Origin: an uncultured Verrucomicrobiota bacterium
Lineage (GTDB): Bacteria > Verrucomicrobiota > Verrucomicrobiia > Chthoniobacterales > JACTMZ01
Reading direction: 5' to 3'
Length of the DNA: 64,000 nucleotides
NCBI GenBank assembly: GCA_903934135.1
Contig: CAIZMQ010000114.1
Coordinates: forward strand, 12-64,011
The position numbers and the translations under genes are program-made. This document shows positions 46,221 through 55,397 of this stretch, piece by piece. The notes under the pieces are model-generated. The model made no database searches, was not told the DNA's origin, and saw nothing but the letters and a program-made list of their open reading frames with translations. Numbering within the stretch: the stretch's first letter is position 1; every line of letters begins with the position of its first letter.

Positions 46221-46880
46221 TTACGATCCGGAAGGATTTACCACGCCCTGTTCTCGCAGGAGATTTCCGGTGTCTGTCAGCACCTTGGGAATTAATTCGG
46301 GGTCCTCCAGCATGCGAGCGCTGCGCACCATGCCGTTACCGTCCACGATGAGGAACATCGTCCCGTGGACCGGTTCGCCGTTTTCCTCGGCCAGGTGCTG
46401 CATGAAACCCTCCGTGACCAGTCTTTCGATCACCGCCTTGTCCCCCGTGAGGAACTTCCAGCGCTCCGGGTCGGCAAAGTTGGCTTCGGCATAGGCTTTG
46501 AGCACCTCGGGCGTGTCATGTTCGGGATCAACCGTCACCGAGACAAGTTTCACCCCGGGTGTTTTGACCAGCGCTTTTTGCATTTCAAGCATGCGCGCGG
46601 TCATGAGTGGACACGGGCCCGCACACCGGGTGAAAATGAAGTCGGCAATCCAGATTTTACCGCGCAAATCGGCCGTGGTGACCTCGTCGCCGTTCTGGTC
46701 GGTCAAGGCAAATTCCGGGACGGCACGGATGACCGGCAACTGTTCGACATCGCGCCGCACCGAAGCCTGCCACATCGAATAGCCCATGGTCACGGCGAGG
46801 ACGAAACCAAGAAAAGCCCCGGCCCAGCCCAGCTTGTGCATCCGGCCGCGGATGATGTCTTCCTGGTGGTGGTCGTTCAT
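46221..46880 (-). CDS. SCO1/SenC copper chaperone (thioredoxin fold)
   Basis: N-terminal TM helix. FIFTRCAGPCP is the CxxxC copper-binding motif. The gene lies in an oxidase cluster. Confidence 0.85.
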   Translation of the reverse strand: MNDHHQEDIIRGRMHKLGWAGAFLGFVLAVTMGYSMWQASVRRDVEQLPVIRAVPEFALTDQNGDEVTTADLRGKIWIADFIFTRCAGPCPLMTARMLEMQKALVKTPGVKLVSVTVDPEHDTPEVLKAYAEANFADPERWKFLTGDKAVIERLVTEGFMQHLAEENGEPVHGTMFLIVDGNGMVRSARMLEDPELIPKVLTDTGNLLREQGVVNPSGS

Positions 46881-46908
46881 GGAGTTCGGCGATGGACACG
46901 CCGACAGC

Positions 46909-47508
46909 TCAAATCAAATACAACACCGAGTAGAGAAACAGCCAAACCACGTCGACAAAGTGCCAATACATACCGGCAAGGATCAGATAGGTATGGCTTT
47001 GCGCGGTGTAAGCGCCGCCGAGCTGGCGGATCAGGGCCCAGGCAATCATAAGCACGCCGATCAGCACGTGCAGACCATGGAACCCGGTCAATACGAAGAA
47101 GGAAGCGCCATAAGCCCCGCCTTTGTTGAACCACAAGCCTTCATGGTGCATGTGATACCATTCGTAGGCTTGGACTCCGACGAAAAGGCTGCCGAGGAGG
47201 ACGGTGATAAACAGCCAGGCGACTCCGCTCTTTCCCTTCTTCACCGCGACTTCCGCCGCATGGAAGGCGAAACTGCTGGCAATGAGGAAGACCGTGTTGA
47301 TCCCGGTGAGCAGGATAGGCAGCTTCGGTAAATCCGGCGAAGGCGGCCACGCCGGGGAACTCAAACGCAGCACAATATAGCCGGCAATCAACCCCGCGAA
47401 GAGCATGGCTTCGGAGGCGAGAAAGATGGTCATGCCGAAGACCGCCGTGCGCTGCGAAGCATGGTGGTCGGGTGAATGGTCGTGTGCGGTCAGGGCGGCG
47501 GAGCTCAT
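46909..47508 (-). CDS. ctaE: Cytochrome c oxidase subunit III
   Basis: 199 aa with five helices. MTIFLASEAMLFAGLIAGY and FHGLHVLIGVLM are typical of subunit III. Confidence 0.85.
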   Translation of the reverse strand: MSSAALTAHDHSPDHHASQRTAVFGMTIFLASEAMLFAGLIAGYIVLRLSSPAWPPSPDLPKLPILLTGINTVFLIASSFAFHAAEVAVKKGKSGVAWLFITVLLGSLFVGVQAYEWYHMHHEGLWFNKGGAYGASFFVLTGFHGLHVLIGVLMIAWALIRQLGGAYTAQSHTYLILAGMYWHFVDVVWLFLYSVLYLI

Positions 47509-47519
47509 GGACGGTTATT

Positions 47520-47636
47520 TCAGGTGAAAAAGGTTTTCCAGACAATGACCAGCATTCCGAGAAAGAAGGCAAAGACCGCGATCCCGGCGAATAGCCGGCG
47601 GTTGGCCTTTCGGATTTGGGCATCGGGTGATTTCAT
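47520..47636 (-). CDS. Unannotated 38-codon single-TM ORF between ctaB and ctaE (candidate small oxidase subunit)
   Basis: Hand translation: MKSPDAQIRKANRRLFAGIAVFAFFLGMLVIVWKTFFT-stop. The ATG at 47636 directly follows the ctaB stop (47637-47639). The stop at 47520-47522 is 11 nt before the ctaE start. It is too short for the ORF track. Confidence 0.4.
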   Translation of the reverse strand: MKSPDAQIRKANRRLFAGIAVFAFFLGMLVIVWKTFFT

Positions 47637-48524
47637 TCATCCGGCCAGCACCATCAGGGCGAGGAGAAACGGCAGGTAGGCAATCGAGGCGAGAAAAAGC
47701 CAGCGGGCCGCGGGGACCGATCCGCCGCTCACCGCAAAATTGGCCGCCACCGAGGCAAAGCCCGCGCCAAGGAGGAGCGCGCCGTAAAAGTAGAGGGCCG
47801 AGTAAGCGAAGAAGACGGACGGCAACAAACTCACCGCCAAAAGCGCAAGGGCGTAAATGAAGGCCTGGCGCCCGGTAACCGCGCCACTCTCGTCATTTTC
47901 GGACAGCATGCGAAAACCCGCTTGCGCGTAGTCCGACCGGTAGAGCCAGGCGATGGCGAGAAAGTGCGGCATCTGCCAGAAGAAAAGGATGGCAAAGAGC
48001 GTGACTCCCTCTGCATTGATCGAACCGCGCGCCGCAGTCCATCCGATGAGCGGCGGCAAGGCACCGGGCACCGCCCCGACGATCGTGTTGAGGGTGGTGA
48101 CGCGTTTGAGCGGAGTGTAGACAAAAATATAAGACGCGATCGTCGCGGCGGCCAAAGCTGCGGCCAAGACGTTGGCGAAAAGCGCGAGGCAAAGAACGCC
48201 GCTCAGGGAAAGCCCCACACCTGTGAGCAGCGCGTCCGAGGCCGCCATCCGTCCGGCCGGCAGGGGACGTTCGCGTGTGCGTTTCATCCGCGCGTCGAAT
48301 TCCCGCTCCCACCATTGATTGAGGGCCGCGGCGCCGGCCGCACTCAAGGCCGTCCCGGTAACCGTAGCGGCGAGCAGCAGCCAGCTCCACGAGTCCTTCA
48401 CCCCGAGGGCGAAACCGGCCATGGCCGTAACCACGGTGAGCAAGCTTAGCCGGGCTTTGACCAAATCCGCCAGATCAGACAGGGCAGAAGTGGTGCGCGG
48501 ACGGGACTGGACGGCGGTTTTCAT
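47637..48524 (-). CDS. ctaB: Protohaem IX farnesyltransferase (haem O synthase)
   Basis: A polytopic UbiA-family protein (KARLSLLTVVTAMAGFALG..., WWEREFDARMKRTRERPLPAG). Start at the ATG at 48524. Confidence 0.9.
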   Translation of the reverse strand: MKTAVQSRPRTTSALSDLADLVKARLSLLTVVTAMAGFALGVKDSWSWLLLAATVTGTALSAAGAAALNQWWEREFDARMKRTRERPLPAGRMAASDALLTGVGLSLSGVLCLALFANVLAAALAAATIASYIFVYTPLKRVTTLNTIVGAVPGALPPLIGWTAARGSINAEGVTLFAILFFWQMPHFLAIAWLYRSDYAQAGFRMLSENDESGAVTGRQAFIYALALLAVSLLPSVFFAYSALYFYGALLLGAGFASVAANFAVSGGSVPAARWLFLASIAYLPFLLALMVLAG

Positions 48525-49552
48525 CAGGCGTGGACAAGCTTGGCCGTCTCGCGCTTGAGCTCGGCAGCCCGGGGCGAGAAGACTCCCAAGAGGAAACACT
48601 GCGCCACGCCCAAAAACAAGATCAGGGCCCCGACGGCCACATGGGCGGTGGTCACATCGGCCGCTTTGCCGGACCACACAGTCCAAGCCCCGAGGGCGAT
48701 CTGGACGAGGAGGAGAGCCAACCACCAGCGCGAGGCAAGGCGCAGCCCCATGGCGGCGCGACGGGCTTTCCATGCGTAGACCAGAAAGAGCGCGGCCAGC
48801 ACGACGGCCATCGTGCGGTGCAGCATTTGCAGGTGGATCTGCCCGATCGTGGTTGGCACCTCACCGGAAGAAATACGTTGCGCATTGATCACGGCCAACC
48901 GCTCTGCATCGACCATCGGCCAGACCTGACCGTAAGCCAACGGGAAGTCGTGAATGGAAAGCCCGGCGTGCTCGTGGCGCATGGTCGCACCGAGGCCAAG
49001 CTGCAGGTAAACCAGCACGGTCAGCGCCACCGCCCAACGCATCAACCCGGGCGCATGCCAGCGCCAACGCGCCCCGCCGGTGGCAAAGGCCTTGCTCGTC
49101 GCGACGGCAATGACGACCAAAAGCGAGATGTAAGCCTGGGCCAGCATGCCGTGGAAAATGCCCAGTTCGTCGAGAATCATGGTGACCCGCAGACCCCCGA
49201 GTACCCCCTGCACGATGACCGCGGCCACCGCGAGGTAACCCAGCACGCGCACCCACTTGCGCGGCTCGGCCATCCAGAGCGCAAGAGCAAGAAGGATGGT
49301 CATGAGTCCGACGCCGGAGGCAATCAAACGGTGGACGTGTTCGTAAAAAATGCCTCCGACCCAACGCGAGAGGGGGAAGAGAAACATGTTGTAGCCGTAA
49401 CTGTTCGGCCAGTCGGGCACGGTCATACCGACACCTTTCGAAGTAACCAGGCCGCCGCTCAGGAGGAGGACGAAGGCCGCCGACACGGTGAGCACGGCGT
49501 AAGCGAAGACCAGCCTCCGGGCGGTGCCATAGTGCGCGGTGTTCATTGGCAA
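48524..49552 (-). CDS. ctaA: Haem A synthase (COX15/CtaA)
   Basis: Eight helices with conserved His (FYEHVHRLIASG, MRHEHAG, MLHRTMAV). It sits between ctaD and ctaB. Confidence 0.8.
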   Translation of the reverse strand: MPMNTAHYGTARRLVFAYAVLTVSAAFVLLLSGGLVTSKGVGMTVPDWPNSYGYNMFLFPLSRWVGGIFYEHVHRLIASGVGLMTILLALALWMAEPRKWVRVLGYLAVAAVIVQGVLGGLRVTMILDELGIFHGMLAQAYISLLVVIAVATSKAFATGGARWRWHAPGLMRWAVALTVLVYLQLGLGATMRHEHAGLSIHDFPLAYGQVWPMVDAERLAVINAQRISSGEVPTTIGQIHLQMLHRTMAVVLAALFLVYAWKARRAAMGLRLASRWWLALLLVQIALGAWTVWSGKAADVTTAHVAVGALILFLGVAQCFLLGVFSPRAAELKRETAKLVHA

Positions 49553-49606
49553 AAGTCGCGGCGGGGACGGCGGAAGACGGCCTTCATGACAGCCTCCCGC
49601 ACAGCC

Positions 49607-51385
49607 TCAATGCACCTCCAACCGTGCGCCTTCCGGTGCCTTTTCGTCTTGCCGCAGGAAGTCTTTCTCCATCCCGGGCACGCTGTATTCGTAAGGCCCG
49701 TTGTAGACGGTCGGTGTTTTCTCGAAGTTGCCGTGGCCGGGAGGCGACGGAACGGTCCACTCTAGGGTGGTCGAATTCCACGGATTTTTCCCGGCCAATT
49801 TGCCGTGGCGCAGGCTCCAGATGAAATTCCAGAGGAAGATGAAGGTGGCCAGACCCATGCCGAAGGCGGCCCAACTGACGAAAATATTGATCGGTTGCAG
49901 CGCGCGCAGGTGCTCGTAGACCGTGGGATCCGCGATGCGGCGCATCATTCCGCCCAACCCGAGATTGTGCATCGGAAAAAAGGTCAGGTTGAAAAAGATA
50001 AACGTCGCGTAGAAATGAATCTTACCCCACGTCTCGTTCATCATCCGCCCGAACATTTTCGGATACCAAAAGTAAATCGCGGCGAAAGCGCCGAAGAGGC
50101 TGCCGCCGAAAAGCACGTAATGGATGTGCGCGACGATGAAATAGGAATTGTGGACGAAGAGATCGACCGGGGTGGAGGCCATGAAAATGCCGCTCAAGCC
50201 GCCGATGACGAACATGGAGACAAAGGCCAGGGCGAAAAGCATCGGCGTGGTGAACTCGATCGACCCGCGCCACACCGTGCCCATCCAGTTGAACGTTTTG
50301 ATCGCCGAGGGCACGGCAATGATCATGGTCGATACGGAAAAGGCCGCGCCGAGGGTCAGGTTCATCCCGCTGACAAACATGTGGTGGCCCCAGACAACGA
50401 AGCCGAGGAACCCGATGGCCACCATGGCCCAGACCATAGCCTTGTAACCGAAGATCGGCTTGCGGGCGAAGACCGGGAGGATTTCCGAGACCAACCCCAT
50501 GGCCGGCAGGATCATGATGTAAACCTCCGGGTGCCCGAAGAACCAGAAAAGGTGCTGCCAGAGAAGCGGCTGTCCGCCCTGAGCGGCAAAGAAGGTCGTG
50601 CCGAAATTCAGGTCGGCGAAGAGCATCGCGGCCGCCGCGGAAAGCACCGGCACGGCGAGAATGAGCAGCCACGCGGTGAGGAAGAGGGCCCACACCGAGA
50701 GCGGCAGGCGGAACATGGTCATGCCCGGCGCACGCATATTCGTGATGGTCGTGATGTAATTGGTCGCTCCGGCAATCGACGACAACCCGTTGACGAACAA
50801 ACCGACGCACCAGAGGCTCTGCCCCATCTGCGTGTTGTTCATGTAGGCCGGAGTGGAACTCAAGGGCGCGTAGGCCGTCCATCCCGACTGGGCCGCGCCG
50901 CCATCAACGAAGAAACTGGCCAAGATGATGATGCCGGAAAGGACGTAGAGCCAATAACTCATCGCATTGAGCGTGGGAAAGGCCATGTCCCCCGCCCCGA
51001 TTTTCAGCGGGATCAGGTAGTTGCCGAAACCGCCGATCAGCAACGGCATGACAACCAAGAAGACCATGACCGTGGCGTGCATGGTGAAAAGCATGTTGTA
51101 ACCGCCCGGCAAAATGACGCCGTCAATCGCAATGGTGGAGGGCAAGAGCGCGCCAATCAGGGGGACTTGCATGCCCGGGTAGGCCAGCTGGAAACGGATC
51201 CCCATGGCCAGCAGGCCACCGATGAGCAGGAAGAAGAAACTGGTCCAAAGGTATTGCAGGCCAATCATCTTGTGGTCGAGCGACCAGATGTATTTGGAGA
51301 AGAAGCTCTGCTTGTGCTCGTGGTGCCCGTGCTCGACGGGCGCGGGGCCGGCGCCGGGAATGAAGGTTGTCGCGCTTGTGCTCAT
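49607..51385 (-). CDS. ctaD: Cytochrome c oxidase subunit I (A-family haem-copper oxidase)
   Basis: WFFGHPEVYIMILP, WGHHMF and HNSYFIVAHIHYVLFGG. Confidence 0.95.
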   Translation of the reverse strand: MSTSATTFIPGAGPAPVEHGHHEHKQSFFSKYIWSLDHKMIGLQYLWTSFFFLLIGGLLAMGIRFQLAYPGMQVPLIGALLPSTIAIDGVILPGGYNMLFTMHATVMVFLVVMPLLIGGFGNYLIPLKIGAGDMAFPTLNAMSYWLYVLSGIIILASFFVDGGAAQSGWTAYAPLSSTPAYMNNTQMGQSLWCVGLFVNGLSSIAGATNYITTITNMRAPGMTMFRLPLSVWALFLTAWLLILAVPVLSAAAAMLFADLNFGTTFFAAQGGQPLLWQHLFWFFGHPEVYIMILPAMGLVSEILPVFARKPIFGYKAMVWAMVAIGFLGFVVWGHHMFVSGMNLTLGAAFSVSTMIIAVPSAIKTFNWMGTVWRGSIEFTTPMLFALAFVSMFVIGGLSGIFMASTPVDLFVHNSYFIVAHIHYVLFGGSLFGAFAAIYFWYPKMFGRMMNETWGKIHFYATFIFFNLTFFPMHNLGLGGMMRRIADPTVYEHLRALQPINIFVSWAAFGMGLATFIFLWNFIWSLRHGKLAGKNPWNSTTLEWTVPSPPGHGNFEKTPTVYNGPYEYSVPGMEKDFLRQDEKAPEGARLEVH

Positions 51386-52296
51386 AGTTTGTTTTCCTTG
51401 TTACGCGGGGCGGGGCCGGACGGATCGCTCGCCGCGGTCGAAGTGCGCAGGGCGCGCGCCGCAGCGGCCGCCTTCGCTTCCTCGGCCTTGGCCGCAATCT
51501 TGCCGGCTTGCCATTTGGCGAACTCCTCCTGGGAGACCACGCGAATCGGGGCTTTCATGTTGTAATGGCCCGATCCGCAGATCTGGCTGCAGGCCAGTTC
51601 GAAGTTGCCCGTGCGGGTCGGCTCGAACCAGACCCAGGCAATGGTGCGACCCGGCACGGCTGCCTGATAAAGACGGAATTGCGGCACGTAGAAGGAATGA
51701 ATGACGTCGCGCGAGTGCAAATAAATGTGCACCGGCCGGTTCACCGGGATGACCAGCTCCGTGCTGGAAAAATCGTCGTCCCCGGCCGCATCGTCCGGGA
51801 CCAAGCCGAACTTGTTGTCCACCGAGTAACTGTGCACATCGACTTCCCCGAGACGTCCGTCCGCCCCCGCATAACGCATGTCCCAACCGAATTGGTAACT
51901 GACCACATCGACCCTCACCGAGTCTTCCGGGGCCGGACTGTGCAACTCGGCCCAGAGGCGGTTGCTGTAAATGACGAGGCCGAGGAAAATTGCCGTGGGA
52001 ATGGCCGTCCAGATGATCTCCAGCTTGTTGTTGCCGTGGCTGTAGTAGGCTTTCGAACCGGGGCGCCTGCGGTATTTGACCAGATAGTAAATGTAGACGC
52101 TTTGCGTGAGAACAAAGACCGCAGCGGTGAGGTAAAAGATGAAGTTGAGCAAGGTGTCGACTTTTTTCGCACCGACCGTCGCTGCCTCCGGCGCCCAATA
52201 CAGATTGCGCTCGCGCACCTCCGCCATCACATCAAAGCCGGCGGCGAGAAAGATCACCACGCTCCAGAAAACCAAATAGGCAAGTCGGTGTTTCAT
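51382..52296 (-). CDS. ctaC: Cytochrome c oxidase subunit II (CuA; no fused cytochrome c domain)
   Basis: CuA site DVIHSFYVP...CSQICGSGHYNM. There is no CxxCH in the Ala/Lys-rich tail. Only the 3' 915 nt of the 521-aa track ORF is used (ATG at 52296). Confidence 0.9.
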   Translation of the reverse strand: MKHRLAYLVFWSVVIFLAAGFDVMAEVRERNLYWAPEAATVGAKKVDTLLNFIFYLTAAVFVLTQSVYIYYLVKYRRRPGSKAYYSHGNNKLEIIWTAIPTAIFLGLVIYSNRLWAELHSPAPEDSVRVDVVSYQFGWDMRYAGADGRLGEVDVHSYSVDNKFGLVPDDAAGDDDFSSTELVIPVNRPVHIYLHSRDVIHSFYVPQFRLYQAAVPGRTIAWVWFEPTRTGNFELACSQICGSGHYNMKAPIRVVSQEEFAKWQAGKIAAKAEEAKAAAAARALRTSTAASDPSGPAPRNKENKL

Positions 52297-52298
52297 AG

Positions 52299-53087
52299 TC
52301 ACGCGGCGGCCGGGGTGGCTAGCGGGGTTCCTGCCGGGGCGGGCGGCGGCACGTCCGCTCCCCCGGGTGCGGTTTGGCCCTCCGGGGCAGGCGGGGCCGC
52401 TGATTCGTATTTGATTGCGGGGATGGCCTGTAATTGGGTCTGCGTGTAGGGCTCGGTCTGCCCGGCAGTTTCCTCCCGGACCTTGGCCACCTGCTCGGCC
52501 GTGATGGGCGGAGCGCTGTTGCCCCATTCGTTCCGAATGTAAGTGAGGATCATGGCGATCTGCTCGTCCTTCAACTGCTTCCACGGAGCCATCGCCCCGT
52601 TGTAGGTGCTGCCTTTGACCTGCACCGGACCCTGCAGCCCGTGGAGCAGAATGCGAATAAGATGGTTGTCGCCATGCCAGTCGCCGCTCAGCACCCACTC
52701 GCTCCCGGCCAGCGGCGGAAACTGCCCGGCCACGCCCAGACCGGTCGGTTGATGGCAAGCCACGCAATTCGCGGTGAAGAGACGTTTGCCCACCACCATG
52801 GGATCGGGCGGACCTTTGACCGCCGCCCCACCACCTGCCCAAGACACTTGCACCGGATCGAAAACATCCGCCTGGAATCCGCCGCTGTAAAAGGACAAGT
52901 AAGCCCCGGCCCAGAAAACCAGCGCCATGAAGGCCGAGACCAACCACAGCGGGATCGGTTCATAGCCGTCGCGCGGATCGTCTTTCTCGCGCAGGATCGC
53001 CCCGTGCACATCGCGCACGTTGAGCCCCTCCCCCTCAAGGTGGGACTGCAGCTCGTCGGAGCCGGCCTGGTGCGGGTCGGGGATCAT
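52299..53087 (-). CDS. Membrane-anchored monohaem cytochrome c with Pro/Ala-rich tail
   Basis: One TM helix (PIPLWLVSAFMALVFWAGAY) and a single CVACH haem site with a distal Met candidate (GAMAPW). ATG at 53087 overlaps the ccoO stop (ATGA). Confidence 0.8.
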   Translation of the reverse strand: MIPDPHQAGSDELQSHLEGEGLNVRDVHGAILREKDDPRDGYEPIPLWLVSAFMALVFWAGAYLSFYSGGFQADVFDPVQVSWAGGGAAVKGPPDPMVVGKRLFTANCVACHQPTGLGVAGQFPPLAGSEWVLSGDWHGDNHLIRILLHGLQGPVQVKGSTYNGAMAPWKQLKDEQIAMILTYIRNEWGNSAPPITAEQVAKVREETAGQTEPYTQTQLQAIPAIKYESAAPPAPEGQTAPGGADVPPPAPAGTPLATPAAA

Positions 53088-53707
53088 TGCGGCGGTTCCG
53101 GAGCTTCCGGCAGCGGGTAGTTGCGGTTGAGCGAGACCAGATAGGCGACGAGAGCCTCCGCCTCGTAGGTGGGGACAATTTCGTAGCCCTCCGGTGTATT
53201 GTCCGGCGGCAGCAAATCGATCGCCTCGGCCGAACGCTGACCCTCGATCTTGCGCGTCTCGTAAAGATAGCGGTAGCTCGGCATGATCGAGCCGGGACTG
53301 ACCACCGCCGGTTGATAAAGATGCTGGTGGTGCCACATGGCGGAGGGCTGCCGCGCGCCGATGTTGGTCAGATCGGGTCCGGTCCGCATCGTGCCGAGAA
53401 AGACCGGACTTTCCCGCATGTAATCGCGGGCTACGGTGGGACGCGATCCCCAGCCGCGTGCGAGGTCGCTGCCGTAGCCGATCTGGCGGACCTGCTGGCT
53501 ATGACAATAGATACAGCCGGCCGAGGCGTAGACTTGCTGGCCGCGCTCGGCCAGACCCGAGAGCGGCGGCGGGTTGATGTCACCGGTGTTCTCGTCGACC
53601 ACCGGCGTGTATCGCGCCAGGTTGAAATACGGATAGGCGACCAACCCGAGCCAGGAGCTGAGGAAGGTCAGGAAGACCCCGATAACGATGACCGGCATCC
53701 TGTTCAT
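53084..53707 (-). CDS. ccoO: cbb3-type cytochrome c oxidase subunit II (monohaem CcoO)
   Basis: N-terminal TM helix, GCIYCHSQQVR, RTGPDLTNIG and SIMPSYRYL. ATG at 53707 overlaps the ccoN stop. Confidence 0.9.
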   Translation of the reverse strand: MNRMPVIVIGVFLTFLSSWLGLVAYPYFNLARYTPVVDENTGDINPPPLSGLAERGQQVYASAGCIYCHSQQVRQIGYGSDLARGWGSRPTVARDYMRESPVFLGTMRTGPDLTNIGARQPSAMWHHQHLYQPAVVSPGSIMPSYRYLYETRKIEGQRSAEAIDLLPPDNTPEGYEIVPTYEAEALVAYLVSLNRNYPLPEAPEPPQ

Positions 53708-55173
53708 GCGTTGAGCGGCTCCGGTTGGCGGTCTTGGTCCGTCGCGAACAAAGTCGGCTCGGAGCGCGTGGCCCCGGCTTTGAGCAGGAGAAGGGTGAAG
53801 CTGACCGCGAAGACGATATGCCCCGCGGTGAGGAGCAGACCCGAGATGCTGCGCAGGAAAAGCCACGGCTTGGTGTAGTCCAGCGAGGCCATGAAGGTGA
53901 TATCGGGGTCAAGCAGGGCGAGCCCCTGCAGGAGGCCGCCGAGGGTGAGGACCACGACCATCATGCCGATCCCGATCGCCACCAGCCAGAAGTGCCAGCG
54001 GATGAGGCGGGCCGACGGCCATTCCCATCCGACCACCCGGGGCAGGATGTAATACATCGCGCCGAACATGATCATGGTGAAAAACGCGTAAAGTCCGAGG
54101 TGCGCATGACCGACCGTGTAATGCGTGAAGTGCGTGACCACGTTGAGGGACGGGATGGCCATGGAAATGCCCTGCAGGCTGGCCAGGGTGTAGCACATCG
54201 CGCCGAAAACGGTGAAACGGAGCGTCGGGCTCCATTTCAGCGCCTGAAAATTGCCGCGCACCGTCATGTGGTGGTTGATTGCCGTGGTGATGACCGGAAT
54301 GAACATCATCACGCTGGCCACCACGCTGGCGCTGATCAACCACGCAGGGAACGGTCCGCCGATCAAATGGTGCATCCCGTTCCAACTGTAAAAAAGCGCG
54401 AGCGACCAAAATCCCAGAATACTCAGATAGTAACTATGGATCGGACGGCCGAGGACTTTCGGGATGAGGTAATAGGCGGTAGCCAGCCCGATCGGGGTGA
54501 ACCACAATCCGAGCGTGTTGTGCCCGTACCACCAGTTGACCGCACCCTGCCCGCCGCCCTGGATCGGCTGGAAGTTGAGCAGGATGTTCGCCGTCGAATA
54601 AAGCCACGGGAACCAGAGAAAAGCGGCCAGAAGATACCATTGGCTCACGTAAATGTGCCCGGGTTCGCGGAAACGGAACATGAGGATGGCCCACACCGCA
54701 ATCAAGCCGAAGGCCACGAAAAGCATGAAGCTGGCGTAGTTCGGGAATTCCAGCCACTCGATCGAGCGGCCGTCGCCGGAAAGGATGCCGAGGATCCCCA
54801 GCAGGACGCCGATATTCCAGAAGATGGCCGCACCGATGAGCAGTTTGCTGTGCCGCAAAGGCGTGCGGCAGAGACGGGCCATCAGCCAGAGCGACGTGCC
54901 GATGCCGGCCGCCGAGGCCCACCCGTAAACCACCGCATTGAGGTGCGCCGGCCGCACCCGTCCGAAGGTCAGCCAGCCCCACTGGTTGAGCAGAGTCGGC
55001 TCGTTCAACTTGAACGAGGCCAGCAGCGCGAGGAGCGAGCCAATGAGCAGCCAGAAGACGGCCGAACCGTAGAACAAAATGACCGGCAACCGCGTCGACT
55101 CGTCAATGAGCGCACGACGCGTCTTCTCCATTTCAGGCGTCACGGTGGCGGGATGGGCGAGGATTGCGCTCAT
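53704..55173 (-). CDS. ccoN: cbb3-type cytochrome c oxidase subunit I (C-family haem-copper oxidase)
   Basis: FGRVRPAHLNAVVYGW, WWYGHNTLGLWFT, FYSWNGMHHL and THYTVGHAHLGLY. Confidence 0.9.
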   Translation of the reverse strand: MSAILAHPATVTPEMEKTRRALIDESTRLPVILFYGSAVFWLLIGSLLALLASFKLNEPTLLNQWGWLTFGRVRPAHLNAVVYGWASAAGIGTSLWLMARLCRTPLRHSKLLIGAAIFWNIGVLLGILGILSGDGRSIEWLEFPNYASFMLFVAFGLIAVWAILMFRFREPGHIYVSQWYLLAAFLWFPWLYSTANILLNFQPIQGGGQGAVNWWYGHNTLGLWFTPIGLATAYYLIPKVLGRPIHSYYLSILGFWSLALFYSWNGMHHLIGGPFPAWLISASVVASVMMFIPVITTAINHHMTVRGNFQALKWSPTLRFTVFGAMCYTLASLQGISMAIPSLNVVTHFTHYTVGHAHLGLYAFFTMIMFGAMYYILPRVVGWEWPSARLIRWHFWLVAIGIGMMVVVLTLGGLLQGLALLDPDITFMASLDYTKPWLFLRSISGLLLTAGHIVFAVSFTLLLLKAGATRSEPTLFATDQDRQPEPLNA

Positions 55174-55397
55174 GGTGCGGAAAGTTCAGCGCCGCGCCGG
55201 AGGGGACGGTCGGCCGTCTTGTCGGCAAAGGCGTCGGTTGCCGTGCCCAGCGGTTCGTCTTGATCAAAAATGGATTTCGCCCCGTCTTCAAGATTGCGGA
55301 ATTGCCCGCTTCTCGCCGCCCAGTAAAAAGCGGCCAGGGTGGACCCACCGAAGAAGACGAGACCGGTCGCGAGAAGAAGGTAAACAATCGTGTTCAT
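55170..55397 (-). CDS. ccoS: cbb3 oxidase maturation protein CcoS/FixS-like
   Basis: A single TM helix followed by FYWAARSGQFRNLEDGAKSIFDQDEP, matching the W-A-x-x-SGQF-x-x-L-E...I-F-D-x-D pattern of CcoS. Confidence 0.75.
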   Translation of the reverse strand: MNTIVYLLLATGLVFFGGSTLAAFYWAARSGQFRNLEDGAKSIFDQDEPLGTATDAFADKTADRPLRRGAELSAP

